Made by a program: the position numbers and the translations under genes. From a bacterium (GTDB lineage: Bacteria > Chloroflexota > Dormibacteria > Aeolococcales > Bog-877): a stretch of DNA of 64,000 nucleotides. Below the pieces are notes generated by a model, which did not search any database, was not told the origin of the DNA, and saw nothing but the letters and a program-made list of their open reading frames with translations. Of the stretch, positions 30,479 to 39,942 are shown piece after piece. The stretch covers positions 91,446-155,445 of the forward strand of contig JAJYWQ010000064.1 in the NCBI GenBank assembly GCA_021791415.1, given 5' to 3'. Positions within the stretch are counted from its first letter, which is position 1. Every line of letters begins with the position of its first letter.

Positions 30479-31435
30479 ATGCGCGGAGCCCAAGCCATTG
30501 GGCGCGTCTCGATTGCTGTGGCAATGGCCGGGTTGGTCTGGGTCTCCGCCGTGCTGGGACCAGGTCCGAACACCAGGGCCCAGCAGGGACTCGCCGGTGA
30601 CCAGGCCCAACTGACCCAGCTTCTGAACCAGCTCCGAGCCCAGGGCGACCTGGCGTCTCAGAGCCAGGTGATGGCGCTCCTGACCCAGATTGAGTCGGAG
30701 CAGGGCTACTTGAAGCAGCTGAACGCCAAGCTGGCTGCGGATCAGGCGACCTCGGCGACCCTGCAGCGGCAGATGGCGGGTGATCAGATCGCCCTCACCA
30801 ACCTGGTGTCCACCGCCTACGTGGACGGCAGCGGCAGCCAGCAGGTGGCGGAGGCGCTGGCCGCACCCAACCTCGGCCAGTTCCTCGCCAGCACCGCCCT
30901 GCCGTCGGCGGTGGCATCCCAGGTCGCCCAGTTGGTGGAGACCATCAAGCACGACCAGCAGGTGGTGGCCACGGCCGCAGCGCAACTGCAGGTCGACGAG
31001 AGCCAGGCGATGGTAGCCCAGGCGCAGCTGGGGCAGCGCTCCCAGCAGCTCCTGGCCGAGCTGACAACGCCCCAGCCGGCCATCGGCACCGGAAGCTGGT
31101 CCTTCGCCTTCGGTGACTGCACCTGGTGGGTCGCCAGCCAGAGGAAGGTCACCTGGGGCGGCAACGCCTACCAGTGGTGGGCCAACGCCGCGGCTGCCGG
31201 ATACGCCGAGGGCCAGACTCCCGAGGTGGGGTCGATCGTGGTGTGGGGCATGGACGTGCCCGGAGAGAGCTGGGGGTACGGCCACGTGGCGTACGTGGTG
31301 GCGGTCAAGCCGGGGTCCTTCGAGGTCTCGGAGATGAACTTCTACGGCGTCCCGGGGGGCGGGTGGGATCGAGTCGACTACAGATGGATTCAGGATGGCG
31401 CAGGGTACCTGGGTTTCATATACGGCCCCGCTTGA
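30479..31435 (+). CDS. Coiled-coil plus CHAP hydrolase (PcsB/CwlO-like)
   Basis: Signal peptide, Gln-rich coiled coil, GDCTWWV, GNAYQW, YGHVAYV, SEMN. Confidence 0.88.
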   Translation: MRGAQAIGRVSIAVAMAGLVWVSAVLGPGPNTRAQQGLAGDQAQLTQLLNQLRAQGDLASQSQVMALLTQIESEQGYLKQLNAKLAADQATSATLQRQMAGDQIALTNLVSTAYVDGSGSQQVAEALAAPNLGQFLASTALPSAVASQVAQLVETIKHDQQVVATAAAQLQVDESQAMVAQAQLGQRSQQLLAELTTPQPAIGTGSWSFAFGDCTWWVASQRKVTWGGNAYQWWANAAAAGYAEGQTPEVGSIVVWGMDVPGESWGYGHVAYVVAVKPGSFEVSEMNFYGVPGGGWDRVDYRWIQDGAGYLGFIYGPA

Positions 31436-31436
31436 G

Positions 31437-32021
31437 CTGACGCGGGCGCCCTCGGCGCCCGCTCAGCGAAGGGCATGGCCCAGGCTGGCCTCGAGGCTAA
31501 GGTGGGGAGCCGCCGCGCTCTGCCTGGCCGCGCTGTCCCCGGCACTGGGGGCGCTCAGCACCGGGGAGGCGGTCGGCCCCCCGTCTCCCGCCCCGGCGCT
31601 GGTGGCCCAGATCGCCGCCCAGGGCCGCAACCTCCTCAGCAGCACCGGCTACGAGATCACCATGCCGCTGGCGGTGACCAAGGTGACCCCGCCTCCGCCG
31701 CCCCAGCCATCCCTCCCCTACGGCAATGCCTTCTGGCAGCCGGTGCCAGAGCCGCCGATCGGAACCATCAAGCAGATCATCTGGGCCGCCGCCCAGAAGT
31801 ACAACGTCTCCTACGCCTGGCTCCTCGGGGTGGCCCAGTGCGAGTCCGGCCTCGACCCCACCGACGTCAACCGCTCCTCCGGGGCCAGCGGGCTCTTCCA
31901 GTTCATGCCCGCCACCTTCTACGGCCACGGAGGCACCGACATCTGGAACCCCACCCAACAGGCCGACATCGCCGCCAAGATGTTCTCCATAGGGGAGTCG
32001 TCGGAGTGGGTCTGCAAGTAG
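31437..32021 (+). CDS. Lytic transglycosylase (SLT/Rpf-like)
   Basis: VAQCESG, GASGLFQFMPATF; start uncertain. Confidence 0.82.
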   Translation: MTRAPSAPAQRRAWPRLASRLRWGAAALCLAALSPALGALSTGEAVGPPSPAPALVAQIAAQGRNLLSSTGYEITMPLAVTKVTPPPPPQPSLPYGNAFWQPVPEPPIGTIKQIIWAAAQKYNVSYAWLLGVAQCESGLDPTDVNRSSGASGLFQFMPATFYGHGGTDIWNPTQQADIAAKMFSIGESSEWVCK

Positions 32022-32025
32022 CCCC

Positions 32026-32235
32026 GTGATCTCAGGGCTGCTGGCGCGCTGGCTCCTCAGCCCGCGCTGGCGGGGCTCCCGGCTGCGCTCGGACGCAGCC
32101 GGCCTCATGATCCTTGTGGGAACTCTGTTCGGCCATCCCCCTCCCCAGCCGGAGCGCCCGGTGCCGACCGTCTTCGAGCCGGGCGCAACCCCGGCTCCGG
32201 GCCCGGCCGTCGGCGGCGAGCGGGAGGGGCGCTGA
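32026..32235 (+). CDS. Small hypothetical protein
   Basis: Fills the gap in a co-directional run; no recognisable motif. Confidence 0.35.
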   Translation: MISGLLARWLLSPRWRGSRLRSDAAGLMILVGTLFGHPPPQPERPVPTVFEPGATPAPGPAVGGEREGR

Positions 32236-32263
32236 AGAGCCCGCCCGAGCATAGAATCGGGCC

Positions 32264-33436
32264 GTGGCCCAGATCCAAGCTCCGCTGCCACCTGAGCGCC
32301 TCCGCTCCTGGATGGAGGAGCGCGACGAGGTGTGGGCCGACGCCCTGGAGCGGCTGGCGGCGCTGGAGTCCCCGAGCGGCGACCTAGAGGCCATCGGCCG
32401 GTGCGGGGACCTCGTCGCCGAGCTGGCCGACCACTGGGTGCCCGGGGTGAGGGTCTCCCGGGAGACCCGGGGCGGAGTGCCCTGCCTGACCCTGACCCTG
32501 GAGGGTGACGCCGCCGCTGGAGTGCTCCTCCTCGGCCACCTGGACACCGTCTGGGGGGTGGGGACATTCCCCGGCGGGCTGCGTCGGGAGGGTCGGCGGG
32601 TGCACGGCCCGGGGGTGTTCGACATGAAGGGGGGGGTGGTCGTAGGGCTGGCGGCGATGGCCGCGGTGGCGGAGCACGGTCAGGGCCCGGGCCGCCTGAC
32701 CTTGCTCTGCACCGGTGACGAGGAGGTGGGTAGCACGGCCTCCAGGGCGACTATCGAAGAGACCGCCCGGTCGAACACCGCGGTCCTGGTCCTCGAACCA
32801 CCGGCCGGGGGCTCCCTCAAGGTGGGGAGGAAGGGGGTCGGGACCTACCGCCTTCGGCTCCACGGCCGGGCGGCGCACGCGGGCTTGGAGCCGGAGCTGG
32901 GGGTGAACGCGGTGGCGGAGCTGGCCCGCTTGGTAGACGAGGTGGGGCAGCTCGGCGACCCCCAGCTGGGGACCACCGTCACCCCTACGGTGTTCCGCGG
33001 CGGGGGGCGGGTCAACGTGGTCCCGGAGCTGGCGGAGCTGGAGGTGGACGTCCGCTTCGCCACCTCAGCTGAGGCCACCCGGGTTGACCGCGGGCTGCGC
33101 CATCTGAAGCCCCGCCACCCGGCCGCAACCCTGGAGCTGGAGGGAGGCCCCAACCGTCCCCCGCTGGAGACCTCCGCGGCGGAGGACCTCTTCGCCGTGG
33201 CCCGAGAGGTCGGCGGCTGGCTCGGCCTGCCGCCACTCCGGGCGGTGACGGTGGGCGGAGGGAGCGATGGCAACTTCACAGCCGCCCTGGGGATACGGAC
33301 CCTCGATGGGCTTGGAGTCGTCGGCGGCGGCGCTCACGCTCCGGGAGAGTGGGCGGACCTCGGCTCCCTCGCGGAGCGGGGCGCCCTGGTGGCCGGCTGC
33401 CTCTGGCAGCTGAGCGCTGGCGGGACGGGCTCGTGA
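32264..33436 (+). CDS. M20 family metallopeptidase
   Basis: GHLDTV, GPGVFDMKGG, DEEVGS, GGGSDGN, GAH. Confidence 0.92.
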   Translation: MAQIQAPLPPERLRSWMEERDEVWADALERLAALESPSGDLEAIGRCGDLVAELADHWVPGVRVSRETRGGVPCLTLTLEGDAAAGVLLLGHLDTVWGVGTFPGGLRREGRRVHGPGVFDMKGGVVVGLAAMAAVAEHGQGPGRLTLLCTGDEEVGSTASRATIEETARSNTAVLVLEPPAGGSLKVGRKGVGTYRLRLHGRAAHAGLEPELGVNAVAELARLVDEVGQLGDPQLGTTVTPTVFRGGGRVNVVPELAELEVDVRFATSAEATRVDRGLRHLKPRHPAATLELEGGPNRPPLETSAAEDLFAVAREVGGWLGLPPLRAVTVGGGSDGNFTAALGIRTLDGLGVVGGGAHAPGEWADLGSLAERGALVAGCLWQLSAGGTGS

Positions 33437-34560
33437 TCGCCGAGCTCCCCCCGGTTCGCCTGGAGGGGGCACGCCTCAGGGTGGTCGCCCTTCCGTTGGT
33501 CTCGCCGTTCACGACCAGCTTCGGAACTCAGACTCGCAGGGAGGCGGTGCTGGTGGAGGTGTTCGGGGAAGGGATGCGGGGTTTTGGGGAGTGCGCCGCG
33601 GGAGTCGAGCCGGGATACTCCTACGAGACCCGGGAGACCTCGCTGGAGGCGTTGCGCCGCTACATCCTTCCCGCCGTCCTCGGGACCGACCCCTCGACCC
33701 CCACCCAGCTGGCCGCGCGCTGGAGCTGGGTCAGAGGTCACAACATGGCCAAGGCGGCGGCGGAGATGGCCATCCTCGACCTGGCGGGGAAGGCGGCTGG
33801 CATGAGCCTGGCAACCATCCTGGGAGGGACGAAGGAGGAGATCCCAAGCGGGGTCAGCATCGGTATCCAACCCTCCCTCCCAGCCACCCTGACGATGATC
33901 GAGGGTTACCTGGCCGAGGGTTACCGGCGCATCAAGCTCAAGTGCAAGCCCGGATACGACCTCGAGCTGGCGGCGGAGGTCCGGCGGGCTTTCCCCTCCA
34001 CCCCCCTGATGCTGGACGCCAACAGCGCCTACAGCCTCTCCGACCTGGAGAGGCTCCGCCAGCTGGACAGCTTCGACCTCATGATGATCGAGCAGCCTCT
34101 GGCGCATGACGACCTGGTGGACCATGCGGCCCTCCAGTCCCAGATGGAGACGCCGATCTGCCTGGACGAGAGCGTGGAGTCCATGGCGGACCTCAGGGCC
34201 GCGTTCCGCCTCGGCTCGGGCCGGATCCTCAACATCAAGGCGGGGCGAGTGGCCGGGCTGATGCCCGCTGTGGCGATCCACGACGCCTGCCTCTCCCAGG
34301 GCTGGCCGGTGTGGTGCGGGGGAATGCTGGAGACCGGTATCGGGCGAGCGGCCAACCTGGCTCTCGCCTCCCTCCCGGGCTTCACCCTGCCCGGGGACAC
34401 GTCGGCCAGCGACCGCTACTACCGCCAGGACATCCTGGAGACCCCCTTCCGCCTTTCTCCGCAAGGGACCCTGCCGGTGCCGCAGGGTCCCGGGCTCGGG
34501 GTGGTGGTCGACGAGGCCGCCCTCGACCGTGCGTCGGTGCACCTGGAGGTGATCTCCTGA
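33433..34560 (+). CDS. menC: o-Succinylbenzoate synthase / N-succinylamino acid racemase
   Basis: PFTTSFG, KLK, DANSAY, IEQP, CLDES, NIK, CGGMLETGIGRA, GDTSASDRYY. Confidence 0.88.
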   Translation: MIAELPPVRLEGARLRVVALPLVSPFTTSFGTQTRREAVLVEVFGEGMRGFGECAAGVEPGYSYETRETSLEALRRYILPAVLGTDPSTPTQLAARWSWVRGHNMAKAAAEMAILDLAGKAAGMSLATILGGTKEEIPSGVSIGIQPSLPATLTMIEGYLAEGYRRIKLKCKPGYDLELAAEVRRAFPSTPLMLDANSAYSLSDLERLRQLDSFDLMMIEQPLAHDDLVDHAALQSQMETPICLDESVESMADLRAAFRLGSGRILNIKAGRVAGLMPAVAIHDACLSQGWPVWCGGMLETGIGRAANLALASLPGFTLPGDTSASDRYYRQDILETPFRLSPQGTLPVPQGPGLGVVVDEAALDRASVHLEVIS

Positions 34561-34591
34561 GACACCAGGCGGACCTTCCGGGCCAGGGCTG

Positions 34592-35218
34592 ATGGGGCAG
34601 GTCGTGGTGGTGGGGAGCGCGGAGCTCGCCGAGCGGGTGCGCCGGCTGCTGCCCAACTTCGAAGTGCTGGGACCGGACTCCGAGCCCGAGCTCGAGGACC
34701 CGGTCTCCTCCCTGGAGACCGTCCGCACCCTTTTGGACTCCGGCTCCGCCCCGGACTCCCTGGTCTGCTCCGCCCTCCCCGGGTTCGCCCTCCTCGGCCA
34801 GGTCCCACGGCTGTCGCCGTCGCGCTGCTTTGTGACCCCCGAGGGCTCCGCATGGCCCGGGGAGACCGTCCGCTGGATGGCGGAGGCAGTCGGCATGATC
34901 GTCCTGCCGGGCCTCGAGGCGCTTCCAGCGATGCTCCTGGGTCGGTCGGCGCCCCCTCCGCCGCCGCCCCGGGGCCTCACGGCGGTGGTCGAGACGGCAG
35001 CCGCGCCACCACGCCCTCAGAGCCCCGCCATCCCGCCTCCCTCCGCCCCGACCTACGACTGGGCCGCCGAGACCCCGGTGCAGGTGCCCCCGCCACCGGT
35101 CTCCCTCGACCCCACTCCGGTACCGGCCGCGCCCCAGGTCATAGACGCCGGTGGCCCGCCGCAGACGGCCTACGAGCCCACCGACGTGCTGAGACCGCTG
35201 CGGCCCCGGAGGCGCTGA
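34592..35218 (+). CDS. Hypothetical protein with Pro-rich C-terminus
   Basis: ORF in a co-directional run; coding-like composition. Confidence 0.55.
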   Translation: MGQVVVVGSAELAERVRRLLPNFEVLGPDSEPELEDPVSSLETVRTLLDSGSAPDSLVCSALPGFALLGQVPRLSPSRCFVTPEGSAWPGETVRWMAEAVGMIVLPGLEALPAMLLGRSAPPPPPPRGLTAVVETAAAPPRPQSPAIPPPSAPTYDWAAETPVQVPPPPVSLDPTPVPAAPQVIDAGGPPQTAYEPTDVLRPLRPRRR

Positions 35219-35225
35219 GAAGGAC

Positions 35226-35633
35226 ATGCCCAGCAACCCGCTCAGGCGGCGTCCGACCTCATCCCAGTTGGCCGAGCGTGCCCGCGCCGAGCTGCAACGC
35301 GCCCTGGCTGTGGTGGACGAGGCAGCCGCCACCGGCAACCTGGCGCGGCTCGGGCTGGCCCTCAGCGGGGACGCCCTGAGCGAGGTCCAGGCGCGCTTCC
35401 ACGCCTACCAGATGGCCGGCATCCAGGTGAGTCCCTTCCGCGAGGGGCTGCAGATCGAGGTGCTGGAGGAGAGCACCCAGGAGCGCGTCTGGCTCCGGGT
35501 CCGCTACCGGGACCGGACGGGATTCCTCGCCGCCAGGGTGGCGCCGGCCACCGCCGGCGACCCGGTCGAGCTGAGGGTCGGACTGGACGCCACCCAGACG
35601 CCCTGGCGCATCACGACGCTCATCGCCAGCTGA
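35226..35633 (+). CDS. Hypothetical protein, possible NTF2/Tim44-like fold
   Basis: RBS AAGGA; helices followed by beta-strands ending PWRIT. Confidence 0.6.
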   Translation: MPSNPLRRRPTSSQLAERARAELQRALAVVDEAAATGNLARLGLALSGDALSEVQARFHAYQMAGIQVSPFREGLQIEVLEESTQERVWLRVRYRDRTGFLAARVAPATAGDPVELRVGLDATQTPWRITTLIAS

Positions 35634-35698
35634 TCGGCGGCCGAAGGACGGCGTGCTAGGCTGGGAGTCCCCCGGCGCCCACGTGAGAGAAGGAAGCC

Positions 35699-36136
35699 AT
35701 GACCAACCCCCCTGACGCCGACCCGGAGCTGGAACCCGCCGCGGGCGGGCTGGACGCCGAGGAGCCGCTCGAGGATGACGTCCTTGAGGAGGAGGTGCTG
35801 GAAGAGGAGGTCCCGGTCGCTCGCCCCGCGCCCCGCCCCGCTCCTCCGCGGCCGTGGGGTGGAAGCCGCAGCAACGTCTCGGCTGAGGACCTGCCCCCCG
35901 AGGAGCTGACACCGGAGATGCGGTGGCCCCCGGGCAGCTGGGTGCGCGTCACCGACGTGGTCCGGCACAGCACCGGAGAGCCGATCGCCGGGATCCAGGT
36001 CGGCGACGTGGGCCAGGTGGTGGCGGCACTCTCCCAGACCCTGGTGGTTCTCTTCCCCACCCGCGACAACCGCCGGGAGGTGCTGCACATCGAGTCCATC
36101 GAGGCGGTGGACTCCCCGGCCGGGACGGCCCCCTGA
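35699..36136 (+). CDS. Hypothetical protein (acidic N-terminus, SH3-like beta C-terminus)
   Basis: RBS AAGGAAG; GSWVRV...GDVGQVV pattern. Confidence 0.6.
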   Translation: MTNPPDADPELEPAAGGLDAEEPLEDDVLEEEVLEEEVPVARPAPRPAPPRPWGGSRSNVSAEDLPPEELTPEMRWPPGSWVRVTDVVRHSTGEPIAGIQVGDVGQVVAALSQTLVVLFPTRDNRREVLHIESIEAVDSPAGTAP

Positions 36137-36147
36137 GCCCCGACCGG

Positions 36148-36504
36148 GTGGGGCGAGAGACGCTGGCCCTCAGGGGGCTTCGCTACTTCGGCCGCCACGG
36201 GGCACATCCGGCCGAGCGCGAGCTCGGATCGCACGTGGAGGTGGACGTGGAGGTGGACGCCGACCTGGCGCTCGCCGTGGCCAGCGATCGCCTGGAGGAC
36301 ACCCTCAGCTACTCCCTGGTGGAGGCGGCTGTTCGGAGGGTGGTCCAGGGGTCGGAGTTCAACCTCCTGGAGGCGCTCGCCGGAGCGATCGCGGAGGCGG
36401 TGCTGGCGCTCCCGCGGGCGGAGCGGGTCACGGTCCGCGTCACCAAGGCGCCCCGCCTCCCCTCCCAGACGGCCGGCTTCACCTTCGAGCTCCGCCGGCC
36501 CTGA
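36148..36504 (+). CDS. folB: Dihydroneopterin aldolase
   Basis: GLRYFGRHGA, DRLEDTLSY, FNLLEALA, VRVTK; alternative start CTG 36133. Confidence 0.92.
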   Translation: MGRETLALRGLRYFGRHGAHPAERELGSHVEVDVEVDADLALAVASDRLEDTLSYSLVEAAVRRVVQGSEFNLLEALAGAIAEAVLALPRAERVTVRVTKAPRLPSQTAGFTFELRRP

Positions 36505-36620
36505 GCCCACCGCCGGCCGGACGGCGGACGTTGGTGTGCGGCGATGGGAGTGGGCAGCTCCGGGGAGCTCGAAGGCGATGGCGAGACCGGGGGACCGGGC
36601 GCGGGCCGGCCGGGTGGGCC

Positions 36621-36914
36621 GTGATCCTGGCTCCAGACGGTGGGCGTGAGGAGCCGATGGCCCTCGGGCTGCCGCCGGCCCGCCTGGCCCTCCTGGGGCT
36701 CGTGGTGGCGGGAGGGGCGGCGGCGCTGCGGGCTCCGCTCCCGCTGGAGCCGAGAGCTGTCCTGGCCGGGCTGGTGCTCGGCCCGGGCTCGCTCCTCGCC
36801 TGGGCCAGGCTGCTGGAGCTCTCCGCCCTGGGCTGGTGCGAGCGGCTGGCCGCCTACTGGCTGCGCTCCCTCGCCGGGCTGGCGGAACGGTCGTCTTGGA
36901 TGGATGCCGCATAG
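36621..36914 (+). CDS. Second PrgI-like protein
   Basis: EEPMALGLPPARL, two TMs, LAWARL; directly before the second VirB4. Start uncertain. Confidence 0.55.
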   Translation: MILAPDGGREEPMALGLPPARLALLGLVVAGGAAALRAPLPLEPRAVLAGLVLGPGSLLAWARLLELSALGWCERLAAYWLRSLAGLAERSSWMDAA

Positions 36915-38800
36915 CTCCAGCGAGGTCTTCCGAGGCCGAGCGGGCGATCGAGGTCGCCGGGCCGGACATCCTCGACGCCCGCCCTGTGCCCAGAGCCCAG
37001 CTGCTGGCCGGGTTCGAGGCCTGGCTGGACCAGCTGGATGCCCCGGTCCGCCTCACCGTCACCTCGCGAGCCGCTGAGGGCCGGCGCCGGCGGTCGGTCT
37101 GGCTGCGGTCGGCCGGCGCCGAACGGGCCCCCCAGGCGGCGGCGCAGCTGGAGAGGCTCTGCGGGGCGAAGGTGCGCGGATCGAGGACCTTCCCGCCCCT
37201 GGTGGAGGGTCCCGGCCGGGAGCGAGTCACCGGAGTCGATTGGGCGGGCCGGTGGGTGGAGTGCCTCCGCCTCACCACGCTGCCACGGGTCCCGGTCGAA
37301 GCGGGTTGGCTGTGGCAGCTGGTGGGCGAGCCTCAGGACCTCGATCTCACCGTGAGCATTTCGCCGGTGGCCGCCGGCACCGCCGACCGCCGACTCCGCC
37401 ACCGCTTGAGGGAGCTGGCCGCCCGCGAGCTGGAGACAGATCGGGGGATGCCCGACCCGGCCCTGGTGGTCGAGAGAGCTGCGGCCACCCGCCTCAGGGA
37501 GGTTCTGGCGCGGGGAGAGGGGCGGGCGTTCGAGGTGGCGGTCTCGATGGCGGTCGGGGGAGGTGCCGTGGCGGAGGTGAGGGCGGCCGCGGCGCGGCTG
37601 CGACGCCGGGCGCTGGGGATGCGGGCCCAGCTGGCCCCGGCCTGGCTGGACGAGGGTCCGGCCCTGCTGGAGGCGAGGGGATGTCGGAGGCCGCGACGAC
37701 CCTTCATCCGGCTGCTCACCACCCCCGAGGTGGCCACCTTCTGGCCCTGGTTGGACGGGCCAGGGGAGCTGGAGCCGCAGAGCTGCCGGATTGGCCGCCA
37801 CCTGCGCACCCAGGGGCCGGTGGGACTGAAGCTGGCCGCGTCGGCCGCCGCCCCCAACTCCAACTGTTGCGTCATCGCCACCTCGGGCGCGGGCAAGTCC
37901 TACCTGGCGCGCGTGGTGGGTGCGGCTCAGGCGCTGGCCGGGACCCAGACGGTGGTCGTGGACCCCGAGAACGAGCACCGGCTCTGGTGTGAGGCCGTGG
38001 GCGGGCGCTACCTCGACCTGGGCCGGGGCGGCGGGCTCGGCTTCAACGTCTTCGAGGCCGGCACTCCCGGCGAGGGGGAGCTCGCCGCCCGGGAGCTGGT
38101 CGAGCTGTTGGCCGGCCCCCTCTCGCCGGCGGAGGCCGGCGCCTTCCTGGAGGGGTGCGCCGCTGCCCGGCCGAGTGCCGGTGGCCGGACACCTGTGCTG
38201 GCGGACCTGCTGGGGAGGCTGGCCGGCGACCCCCACGGACGGAGCCTGGCCGCCCGGCTGCGGCCGTGGGTCGAGGGGCCAGCCGGGCTGCTCTTCAGCG
38301 GTCCCGGCCGGGGCCCGGAGGTGACCCGCGCCCTGGGGGTGGGGCTGCGCGACCTTCCCGAGCGCTGGCGCGCGGGGGCCGCCTTCCTGGTTTCGCGATG
38401 GCTGTGGGCCTGGGCCCAACGGGAGCCCGGTCCCAAGCAGGTCATCATCGACGAGGCCGGCCTGCTGGCCGCCCAGCCCCAGCTGGCCGAGCTGATGGGG
38501 CAGATGGCCCGGCGGCTGCGCAAGTATTCCGGCTCCCTGCTGCTTCTGACCCAGACGCCCCGCGACCTGGCGGTCGAGGGATTTGGCGAGCTGGTCGCCA
38601 GCAACTCCGCGACCCTCCTGGTGGGGTCGTCGACGGGGCCCGGGGTCCAACGCCTCAGATCGGGCTTCCACCTCAGCGACGAGGACTGCGAGTGGCTGCA
38701 GCGGTGCTCCCGAGGGGAGTTCCTCATGCTGGCCGGGGCCACCCAGGCCCGGGTCAGGGTGGAGGCGCCCGACGAGGGGACGGGCGACGACCGGGGATAG
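36836..38800 (+). CDS. Second VirB4-like ATPase
   Basis: IATSGAGKS, VVDPENEH, VIIDEAG, ARRLRKY, LLTQ. Confidence 0.88.
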   Translation: MRAAGRLLAALPRRAGGTVVLDGCRIAPARSSEAERAIEVAGPDILDARPVPRAQLLAGFEAWLDQLDAPVRLTVTSRAAEGRRRRSVWLRSAGAERAPQAAAQLERLCGAKVRGSRTFPPLVEGPGRERVTGVDWAGRWVECLRLTTLPRVPVEAGWLWQLVGEPQDLDLTVSISPVAAGTADRRLRHRLRELAARELETDRGMPDPALVVERAAATRLREVLARGEGRAFEVAVSMAVGGGAVAEVRAAAARLRRRALGMRAQLAPAWLDEGPALLEARGCRRPRRPFIRLLTTPEVATFWPWLDGPGELEPQSCRIGRHLRTQGPVGLKLAASAAAPNSNCCVIATSGAGKSYLARVVGAAQALAGTQTVVVDPENEHRLWCEAVGGRYLDLGRGGGLGFNVFEAGTPGEGELAARELVELLAGPLSPAEAGAFLEGCAAARPSAGGRTPVLADLLGRLAGDPHGRSLAARLRPWVEGPAGLLFSGPGRGPEVTRALGVGLRDLPERWRAGAAFLVSRWLWAWAQREPGPKQVIIDEAGLLAAQPQLAELMGQMARRLRKYSGSLLLLTQTPRDLAVEGFGELVASNSATLLVGSSTGPGVQRLRSGFHLSDEDCEWLQRCSRGEFLMLAGATQARVRVEAPDEGTGDDRG

Positions 38801-38809
38801 AATCGCCCC

Positions 38810-39406
38810 ATGGGTCGGGTGGTGCGCTACCGACTGCTCAACTCCGGCCGTGCCCCCGCAGCCGCCTGGGAGGAGGCTGTTCGCCAGTTCGCGGCCACCC
38901 GCAGCTGGCGGGAGGGGGAGATGTGGCTGGCGACCGACGCCTCCCGCGGCCTCTTCGAGTCCGAATACCTCCGCCACCTGCGGCTGGAGACCCCCGACCC
39001 CATCCTGGGGGCGGGCTTCGTCAAGGTGGAGGGCGACGAGACCGACGCTCTGGCTGTCTGCTTCGGGCTCCTGCGGATGACCGAGGAGCAGGGGGGGCGC
39101 GTTCTCATCGACGACCTGGACAACCCCATCCGCAAGCAGCGGCGGCTGGAGTTCATCGAGGGAAGGGTCAGTGGACCCCACACCATCGACGAGCTGATGG
39201 TCGCCGGGCCGATCTTCAAGCGGCTGCCCCGGGCGACCATCACCTTCTACCCCCCGCGCTATAGGGGCCGGACCCTTCCCGGCCCGAACACTCCCGCGGG
39301 GCAGTGGGGCTTCGCCCTCCAGGGGATGCGCGCCGCGGCGGGCGGCTTCCTGGAGGCGGAGGCGGAGGCGATGCGGATCTACCGCGGCCTGCAGGCGATC
39401 GGCTGA
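38810..39406 (+). CDS. Hypothetical protein
   Basis: TAGAAT 6 nt upstream of the ATG; soluble, no recognised motif. Confidence 0.65.
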   Translation: MGRVVRYRLLNSGRAPAAAWEEAVRQFAATRSWREGEMWLATDASRGLFESEYLRHLRLETPDPILGAGFVKVEGDETDALAVCFGLLRMTEEQGGRVLIDDLDNPIRKQRRLEFIEGRVSGPHTIDELMVAGPIFKRLPRATITFYPPRYRGRTLPGPNTPAGQWGFALQGMRAAAGGFLEAEAEAMRIYRGLQAIG

Positions 39407-39408
39407 CC

Positions 39409-39879
39409 TTGAGGGCCGTGGTCCAGCGGGTTCAGCAAGCTGCGGTCCGGGTCCAGGGGGAGGAGGTGGGGGCCACCGGGCCCGGGCTGCTGGTGTACCT
39501 GGGTGTGGGGCCAAGGGACGATGACGGCGTTGCCCGCCATCTGGCCGGCCGCATCGCCACCCTCCGGGTGTTCCCCGACGACCAGGGCAGGATGAACCGC
39601 TCCCTGCTGGAGGTGGGCGGCCAGGCGCTGGTGGTGAGCCAGTTCACCCTGTATGCCGCCACCGGGCGCGGCCACCGGCCATCCTTCCTGGGGGCGGCAG
39701 CCCCGGCCACGGCGGCCGAACTCTGCCGCCGGTTCGGGGAGGAGCTGAGCCGGTTGGGGGTGGCGAGGGTGGCCGAGGGCCGTTTCGGCGCCCACATGGA
39801 GGTTGAGTCGGTGAACGATGGGCCGGTGACCGTGGTCCTCAGTTCGGGCGAGGCGCCCTGGGAGGCGGACTGCGGCTGA
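39409..39879 (+). CDS. dtd: D-aminoacyl-tRNA deacylase
   Basis: RAVVQRV, VSQFTLYA, NDGPVT. Confidence 0.95.
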   Translation: MRAVVQRVQQAAVRVQGEEVGATGPGLLVYLGVGPRDDDGVARHLAGRIATLRVFPDDQGRMNRSLLEVGGQALVVSQFTLYAATGRGHRPSFLGAAAPATAAELCRRFGEELSRLGVARVAEGRFGAHMEVESVNDGPVTVVLSSGEAPWEADCG

Positions 39880-39942
39880 GGGGCCAGGCCCGGGGCGCCG
39901 CCGGACCTAAGTGAGGATCGGCGGCAAGCGCGGAGGAACCCC

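Noticed and set aside
20857..36135. CTG start codons at 20857, 31437 and 36133
   Set aside because: Alternative canonical starts exist nearby for at least two of them; the evidence is insufficient.
36578..36620. Possible frameshift in a G-run giving PrgI-2 an ATG start at 36578
   Set aside because: An in-frame GTG at 36621 is sufficient; it cannot be tested without reads or homologs.
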